A stretch of 54,488 nt of DNA. Source: a bacterium. Its GTDB lineage: Bacteria > Babelota > Babeliae > Babelales > JAUWHS01. Positions within the stretch are counted from its first letter, which is position 1. Each line of letters opens with the position of its first letter. The notes below the pieces were generated by a model. That model made no database searches, had not been told where the DNA came from, and was given only the letters and a program-made list of their open reading frames with translations. Location of the stretch: assembly GCA_043818275.1 (NCBI GenBank), contig JBDRFY010000080.1:1-54488 (forward strand), written 5' to 3'. The translations under genes were made by a program, and so were the position numbers. Positions 48,753 to 54,488 of this stretch are shown one piece after another.

Positions 48753-49392
48753 ATCAAACCTTTATTTTACAACTAAAACAGCTAATATTATTTAATTCGT
48801 CTTTTATTTCAGCCCTTTTTTCTTTAAATTGTGTCATTATTTTGAATAACTTTTCAATTTTAAAATCTTCAGGAGAAAAATTTTTAGTTAAATAAATAAC
48901 ATCAATCATAGAAAAATAATTTACAATACACGATAAGTCTTTAAATTTTTTATTAATTTCATTATGTTTTAATCTTTCTGCTATATCTTTTGCATTGTCA
49001 AACTCTTTAATATTAGCTACTAAAGCCAAATCTTTAATTATCTTATAATACGCTTCTTTATTTACATTTTGATCATCTAAAAAAGCCAAATCAATAATAA
49101 CTAAACTTAATTGATGTAAAAATTTTTCTTTAAAGATATTTAAACTCTTCAATGATTCTTCCGCAATATTACTAAATCTTTCTGCAGCCTTTTCTTTTTT
49201 CCATTTATTAAATCCCAAAACACCTAAAATTACCAAGCCTATGGTTCCAACACCACTTAAAAAATTACCGCAATTAGCTCCTTCACCGGAACAAGAAGAT
49301 TTAAATAGATAAATGATACACCAAAATAAACTAATTATTATTTTGATATTTGTATCTAAAATTAAGAGTAAACTCATATCAAACCTTTATTT
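48749..49392 (-). mobile_element. 625-bp single-gene insertion flanked by a perfect 19-bp direct repeat covering an RBS and start codon
   Basis: TCATATCAAACCTTTATTT at 48749-48767 and 49374-49392 (minus strand AAATAAAGGTTTGATATGA). Confidence 0.7.
48754..49377 (-). CDS. Hypothetical membrane protein (two N-terminal hydrophobic segments plus helical domain)
   Basis: 207-aa ORF; 'GVGTIGLVILGVLGFNKWKKE' TM followed by a WK motif. Confidence 0.7.
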   Translation of the reverse strand: MSLLLILDTNIKIIISLFWCIIYLFKSSCSGEGANCGNFLSGVGTIGLVILGVLGFNKWKKEKAAERFSNIAEESLKSLNIFKEKFLHQLSLVIIDLAFLDDQNVNKEAYYKIIKDLALVANIKEFDNAKDIAERLKHNEINKKFKDLSCIVNYFSMIDVIYLTKNFSPEDFKIEKLFKIMTQFKEKRAEIKDELNNISCFSCKIKV

Positions 49393-49610
49393 CTTTAAAA
49401 TTAAATTTTTTATAAAATAAAGTTTACATCTAATAAATATTATGACCAAACAAGATTTCACAAAACAATTTGTTAGTCTTTTTTGAAAAAAGATGGAGAA
49501 TTATCTTATTTAATGACAATTTCCACAAAAAAATTTAATTTCGCAATAAGATTGTGGTTGCCATATTTTTTTAGATAAAAACGAACAACTTTTTATTTAG
49601 AGGGGAAATT

Positions 49611-50444
49611 ATGACAAAACCTATCATCTCAGTTATCTTAGGTAGTTACAATCGCTTGCCATTTCTTAAGCTTACCATTGAAAGTGTTCGTAAAGAATTA
49701 ATAAACATAGAATATGAAACCATAATAATCGACGGCGGATCAAATGACGGAACTTTAAATTGGCTACAAAATCAAAGGGATATTATAACTATAATCCAAT
49801 ACAACAGAGGCACATGGAATAGTAAAAAAATCATCACTAAATCATGGGGTTACTTTATGAACCTAGGTTTTAAATGTGCACATGGTAAATATATCTGCAT
49901 GCTAAGTGATGATTGTTTAATAGTCCCAAATGCCATTACAAATAGCATTCAACTTTTTGAAAAAAAATTAGAAGAAAAAGAAAAAATAGGAGCAATCGCC
50001 TTTTATTGGAGAGATTGGCCTGTTGATAATAAATATCATATTGGAATACCATTAGAAAATAAAATTTATGTCAATCATGGATTATATTTAAAACGAGCAT
50101 TGGAAGAAGTAAATTATATTGATGAAGAAACCTTTGTATTTTATGCAGCTGATATAGATTTATGCTTAAAAATGTCACAAAAAAATTATAATGTTATAGC
50201 ATCTGAAAATTCATATATAGAGCATTATCCTCATGCAAATTTAAAAGTACGCAAACTAAATGCAAAAAATGATTTACCTGATCTAAAAAAATTAAAAATT
50301 AAATGGGAAAAAATCTTTCCAGAAATTAATTACTATGATTTAGCAACAATAAAAGAGAAAGATTATGACGACCCATTTTTAACGGCACAAAAATTTCAAC
50401 AACTTCATCTCCAAATACAAAAGAATAATGTTCTTTTTTTTTAA
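49611..50444 (+). CDS. Glycosyltransferase family 2, paralog of 35476-36354; C-terminus may be truncated by a T9 frameshift (would extend to 50535)
   Basis: 'ISVILGSYNR', 'IDGGS.DGT', 'SWGYFMNLGFK', 'SDDCL'. Confidence 0.9.
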   Translation: MTKPIISVILGSYNRLPFLKLTIESVRKELINIEYETIIIDGGSNDGTLNWLQNQRDIITIIQYNRGTWNSKKIITKSWGYFMNLGFKCAHGKYICMLSDDCLIVPNAITNSIQLFEKKLEEKEKIGAIAFYWRDWPVDNKYHIGIPLENKIYVNHGLYLKRALEEVNYIDEETFVFYAADIDLCLKMSQKNYNVIASENSYIEHYPHANLKVRKLNAKNDLPDLKKLKIKWEKIFPEINYYDLATIKEKDYDDPFLTAQKFQQLHLQIQKNNVLFF

Positions 50445-50524
50445 AATAGAGCATTTGCAAAAACAAACATTTAATTTAATTAAAAATAAATATTTCTTTT
50501 TACGTCAAAAAATAAAACAATTTA

Positions 50525-51253
50525 TCAAGCCTTAAATTCAAATATTAAGTTATATTTAGTTTTTGCTATTAATTCATAACCCCTTAGGATTAAATATTTA
50601 TATGCTTCATTCGACAAAATATCGTCGTATTTTAAATTACCGGGACATTCAACGATTATAACCCTTGGTTTATACTTTTCCCAATCATTTGATTTAAGTA
50701 CCTGTAAATCCAATCCCTCAACATCTATAGAGAAAAAATCTATTTTTTTATTTAAAGGAACATGTTTATCTAAAATTTCAGCTAATGAATAAGTTCTTAT
50801 TTTTTTTGTAAATTGCAATTTCAAATAATCATATTCTTTATTTTTTTCCCGAAACTCCTTTTCTTCTTTCGAAAAGGTATTGTACTCTGACTTATTATAA
50901 CCATAATAAGTTAAATCTCCTTGAGTATCAGAAATCGCTATCTCTAAATTTATATCTTCTGCTCTAACTTTTTTAAAAAGCTTCATACTTCCTGGCATAG
51001 CATCAATATTAATACCACGCCATCCTTTTTTATAAAAAAAATAAGTATTAGAAATCCATTTAGGATGATGAGCCCCAACATCTACAAAAAAGCCATTTAT
51101 TCCACCACCAAATAAAAAATCTAAAAAAAGATCTTCTCCCTCCATAGAGTAGGATTTTCTTGCATACTTATTTATAAAAACATTAGAAGCTTTTCTATAT
51201 GGAGCAACCAAACACTTCCTTGCGAAATATCTAAAAAAATTCATTTTAAACAC
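50525..51253 (-). CDS. FkbM family methyltransferase
   Basis: 'SYS.EGED', 'FVDVGAHHP..SNT', 'GWRGINIDA', 'SIDVEG.DLQVL.SNDW'. Confidence 0.9.
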   Translation of the reverse strand: MFKMNFFRYFARKCLVAPYRKASNVFINKYARKSYSMEGEDLFLDFLFGGGINGFFVDVGAHHPKWISNTYFFYKKGWRGINIDAMPGSMKLFKKVRAEDINLEIAISDTQGDLTYYGYNKSEYNTFSKEEKEFREKNKEYDYLKLQFTKKIRTYSLAEILDKHVPLNKKIDFFSIDVEGLDLQVLKSNDWEKYKPRVIIVECPGNLKYDDILSNEAYKYLILRGYELIAKTKYNLIFEFKA

Positions 51254-51254
51254 C

Positions 51255-52655
51255 CTATCTAAAAATTTTATCTATTAAAGAAAACATTTTTAATATTGTA
51301 CGATCTTTTATTGTTAAAGCATTAAGCAATTTTCCGCCAAAACACCCTTCTTGAATATTAAACTTTTTGTAAGGAAGAGATCTAAACATTTGCCAAAATG
51401 CATATTTTAATGCTCCAAGCGATGGTTTGGGTTTTACATCAGAATCTACAAGTTGAATTACTTCTTTATGATTCTTAGGAACATAACAACAATCCAAGCT
51501 TTCATAAAAAGCACGTCCAACCAAAATAGATGGTATATTCCAAAAACTTGCTTCTACTCCTGTTGTAGATCCAAAAGTTACAACTTTATTACAACGCTTC
51601 ATTAATTCATAAGTATCTACAATACTCTCTGGCCAAATAATTTCTAAATTATCATATGATAATGTATTCAATTCTTTAATTTGCGAGTTATCAATTCCCC
51701 ATAAATGTGGATGCACTCTTAAATAAAATTTAATATCTGTCCTTTGACTAAAAGATTGTAAAATTTGCATCAAACCATCCATCTCATCTTTGTAAATAAA
51801 ATTTTGCATTTCAGATATAGCTGCATATTCATAAATAGAAGAATTAAAAATCACTATATTTTTTTGGGAAGGATCAAATCTTTTAGGCAACCAACCTTTT
51901 ATCTGTTTATTGGTAAAAGAAATGTGGCCCTGAATACCATCCCTACGCAAATAAAACCAGTTTTTTGCAATTTCAGCTCTATTGCAATAATCAAGTAACC
52001 AAGCCCTTTCAATTTCATTATTTACATAATCAACACTGTGAGCCCAGTTATTTTTAAAAAGACTATATGTATAAAAAGTACTACCCATTTCATATGTGAT
52101 AAAAGGAATATTTAACTGCTGACAACACCTAAGCGCAGGTCGACTATCAGAAAGTCTCCCATTAAAAATATAAACTAAATCTATTTTCAAATTCTCAATA
52201 GCTTGAGTAACTGATTTATATACCCAAATAGAAGAGTTTAACATTTCTGAAATTAAACCTTTATAAGCAATTGTATCAATTTGATGATCTTTAAATGCCG
52301 AAATTATAGATGAAGCTACAGCAGAACCAAAATCTACACCAAATATTTCAAATTTTTTTAATTGCTCTAAATTTTCAAAAAAATTTGGAAACTCATAACA
52401 AGTATATTTTTGTAATTTAATAATCTTATCTCTAGGAAAATTTATAATACTCATTGCTTTATCAAAGCGAATTTGATTTATTTTTTTATTTTTCAATGAT
52501 CCAGAAGTATCGAAAAATGATTTGTCTATTAAACCGTAATCTGTCATTACATAAACATCATCACCTGAATCCAAATGCTTTGATATTAATTCTAATTCTG
52601 TCCCCAAAAAGATATCATGCTTAATTTGACTGAATAATAAAAAAAGAATCTTCAT
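51255..52655 (-). CDS. Capsule polysaccharide biosynthesis protein (KpsS/KpsC-like GT-B)
   Basis: 'FNGR', 'LRVHP' (HP motif), 'TFGSTTGVEA', 'GRAFY'. Confidence 0.6.
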   Translation of the reverse strand: MKILFLLFSQIKHDIFLGTELELISKHLDSGDDVYVMTDYGLIDKSFFDTSGSLKNKKINQIRFDKAMSIINFPRDKIIKLQKYTCYEFPNFFENLEQLKKFEIFGVDFGSAVASSIISAFKDHQIDTIAYKGLISEMLNSSIWVYKSVTQAIENLKIDLVYIFNGRLSDSRPALRCCQQLNIPFITYEMGSTFYTYSLFKNNWAHSVDYVNNEIERAWLLDYCNRAEIAKNWFYLRRDGIQGHISFTNKQIKGWLPKRFDPSQKNIVIFNSSIYEYAAISEMQNFIYKDEMDGLMQILQSFSQRTDIKFYLRVHPHLWGIDNSQIKELNTLSYDNLEIIWPESIVDTYELMKRCNKVVTFGSTTGVEASFWNIPSILVGRAFYESLDCCYVPKNHKEVIQLVDSDVKPKPSLGALKYAFWQMFRSLPYKKFNIQEGCFGGKLLNALTIKDRTILKMFSLIDKIFR

Positions 52656-52754
52656 GAGTACTCAACCTTATATTTTTTTCCAAAAGTATAATCTATAATA
52701 GATTAAATTTAATAAAAAATTAATGGAAAATTTTAGAACAAAAAGGAATAACTT

Positions 52755-53312
52755 ATGACTGAAGAAAACAAACTAAATTCCGCTGATGCAATTGCAGAAG
52801 AAATCTTTTTTATCCTAAGCAGTATAAGCTCACTAAAAGAATTAATAGAACAAAGCAATTCTAAATTTGAAATATATAAAGAATATTCTGATTTCTTTTA
52901 TTCTTACTATGTAAATACATATAATGAAATATATCATTCTATAAGCAAGTTAACTGATAATCGAAAGGATGTCATAAGTCTTATTAAACTACTTGAAAAG
53001 AAACAACCCGAAGATAAAGAAATTTCTAATCTTTTACAAAAAATAAAAAAACATCCAATAACTGAAAAAATAAAAAATAAAAGAAATAACTTGTTGGCTC
53101 ACAAAAATAAATCATTGGCTTTAGATAAAGTTGAATTGAATAATTTTTATGAGAAAAACAAAACAAATTTAAATGAAATAAAAGAATTAACTTTAATTCT
53201 TAAAAGGGGCTTAGATATATATTTAGAAGGAACAACAATCTTTTACAATTCTAAGGAAGCAACTCAAATAAAAAAAATTTTTGAAAAATTATCTATCAAT
53301 TCAAAGATTTAA
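52755..53312 (+). CDS. HEPN-domain protein (AbiU2-like)
   Basis: All-helical 185 aa with 'SKLTD', 'ISL..LL' and the R-X5-H motif 'RNNLLAH'. Confidence 0.65.
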   Translation: MTEENKLNSADAIAEEIFFILSSISSLKELIEQSNSKFEIYKEYSDFFYSYYVNTYNEIYHSISKLTDNRKDVISLIKLLEKKQPEDKEISNLLQKIKKHPITEKIKNKRNNLLAHKNKSLALDKVELNNFYEKNKTNLNEIKELTLILKRGLDIYLEGTTIFYNSKEATQIKKIFEKLSINSKI

Positions 53313-53313
53313 A

Positions 53314-54195
53314 ATGAAACTAGCCATTGGAACTGTTCAATTTGGTATACAATACGGAATCAACAAAAATAAAAAAACATCTTTAACTGAGATATCAAAA
53401 ATATTAGATACAGCAAAAAGAAATAATATAAACTTTTTGGATTCAGCACCCCTTTATGGAGATAGTGAAAAAAGAATAGGTTCAAAAACTTTATTAGAAA
53501 ATGATTTTAAAATTGTTACAAAAACACCACATTTTAATAAAACAGGAATAACTGAAAAAGAATTAAATCTTCTTGAAACAACATTTAAAAAATCTTTAAA
53601 AAATTTAAACAAAAAAAATATATATGGCCTTTTGATACACAATGCCGAAGATCTTTTTTCTAAAAATGGTTCGCTATTAATTTCAACTCTAAATAAATTT
53701 AAAGAAAAAAAACTCATAGAAAAAATAGGGGTTTCAGTTTATACCCCAGAACAAATTAAAAAAATAATAGAAAATTTTGAAATCGATATTATCCAATTAC
53801 CTATAAATATTTTAGATCAAAGATTGATACAGAATGGTTACTTACAAAAGCTAAAAGAAAAAAATATAGAAATTCATGCCAGATCAATTTTTTTACAAGG
53901 TCTATTAATAAAAGAACCAGAAATACTCCCGAATTTCTTTAATTCTATAAAACCGTTATTAAAAAAATTTCATCAAAATTTAAATGAACTAAATATTTCT
54001 CCAATAGAAGCTTCTCTTAATTTTGCAAAGAATATAAAAGAAATAGATAAAATTTTAATTGGAGTTAATAATAACAAACAACTTTTGGAAAATATAAACG
54101 CATACAATAAGAACATTAAACCTATATATTTTAAACAATTTGAATGTACTGATGAGAACATAATTAACCCAACAAAATGGAAATTTAATGATTAA
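53314..54195 (+). CDS. Aldo/keto reductase (polysaccharide-locus type)
   Basis: MKLAIGTVQFG..YG, 'DSAPLYG.SE', 'IGVSVY', 'HARSIFLQGL'. ATG at 53314 preferred over TTG 53281. Confidence 0.92.
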   Translation: MKLAIGTVQFGIQYGINKNKKTSLTEISKILDTAKRNNINFLDSAPLYGDSEKRIGSKTLLENDFKIVTKTPHFNKTGITEKELNLLETTFKKSLKNLNKKNIYGLLIHNAEDLFSKNGSLLISTLNKFKEKKLIEKIGVSVYTPEQIKKIIENFEIDIIQLPINILDQRLIQNGYLQKLKEKNIEIHARSIFLQGLLIKEPEILPNFFNSIKPLLKKFHQNLNELNISPIEASLNFAKNIKEIDKILIGVNNNKQLLENINAYNKNIKPIYFKQFECTDENIINPTKWKFND

Positions 54196-54488
54196 ACTTG
54201 GAATCATTGGAATGAGTAAAGGAAATGGACATCCATATTCATGGTCTGCAATTTTCAATGGTTATAATAAAAAACTTATGATTAATTGTCCTTTTCCTGT
54301 TATTCCTCAATATCTTTCTAAACAGACTTTTCCAAAAGATTCAATTAAAAATGCAAAAGTAACTCACATCTGGACACAAAATAAAAAATTATCCGAACAT
54401 ATAGCCAAATCCAGCAACATCGAAAACATTGTTAATAAAAAAAAAGATTTGATTGGTAAAGTAGACGCAATACTTCTGGCAAGAGACG
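54188..54488 (+). CDS. Gfo/Idh/MocA-like oxidoreductase, partial (runs off the window)
   Basis: Hand translation: MIKLGIIGMSKGNGHPYSWSAIFNGY..VTHIWTQ..LIGKVDAILLARD, open to the window end. Confidence 0.75.
   Translation, partial: MIKLGIIGMSKGNGHPYSWSAIFNGYNKKLMINCPFPVIPQYLSKQTFPKDSIKNAKVTHIWTQNKKLSEHIAKSSNIENIVNKKKDLIGKVDAILLARD

Noticed and set aside
49442..49540. Tiny ATG-initiated ORF in the intergenic region before the GT2
   Set aside because: 14 codons as assembled, no recognisable RBS or homology.
49393..53320. Direct repeats flanking the plus-strand GT2 gene or the HEPN gene
   Set aside because: Only loose AT-rich similarities were found, as expected by chance.
1..54488. tRNA or rRNA genes and an autonomous transposase or integrase
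   Set aside because: None recognised by eye; the enzyme that would mobilise the repeats and cassettes is not identifiable in this window.

Overview
AT-rich bacterial chromosome segment from a diderm. Gene content and the many orphan signal-peptide proteins suggest Candidatus Dependentiae/Babelota (TM6); this is inference, not a search result. The left and middle parts hold a partial MCE/MlaD gene downstream of a type II secretion gspFGHIJK cluster, a lolD-murJ-envelope protein operon, lon, a pfkB kinase, a PilN/GspL-like gene, rpsA, ndk, two tandem arrays of small secreted proteins, kdsA-nusB-efp, glyA and msbA. From about 35.5 kb onward lies a mosaic surface-polysaccharide locus (GT2, GT4, GT-C, DegT, methyltransferases, cupin, KpsS-like, AKR) interrupted by non-glycan genes. 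No rRNA, tRNA, CRISPR array or transposase was seen. Four signals stand out. (1) A ~27-nt GC-rich repeat sits in frame inside gspJ (twice), a GT-C-like gene and a GT4 gene. Two of these copies carry a second, exactly 30-nt hairpin element at the same CCTG^AG site. (2) Single genes with no transposase are flanked by direct repeats (a 19-bp repeat duplicating an RBS+ATG, and a 9-bp repeat) and borrow their stop codons from host sequence. (3) Two large intergenic nested-palindrome, MITE-like elements are present. (4) Four +1 homopolymer frameshifts occur, which are either slippage sites or assembly errors.
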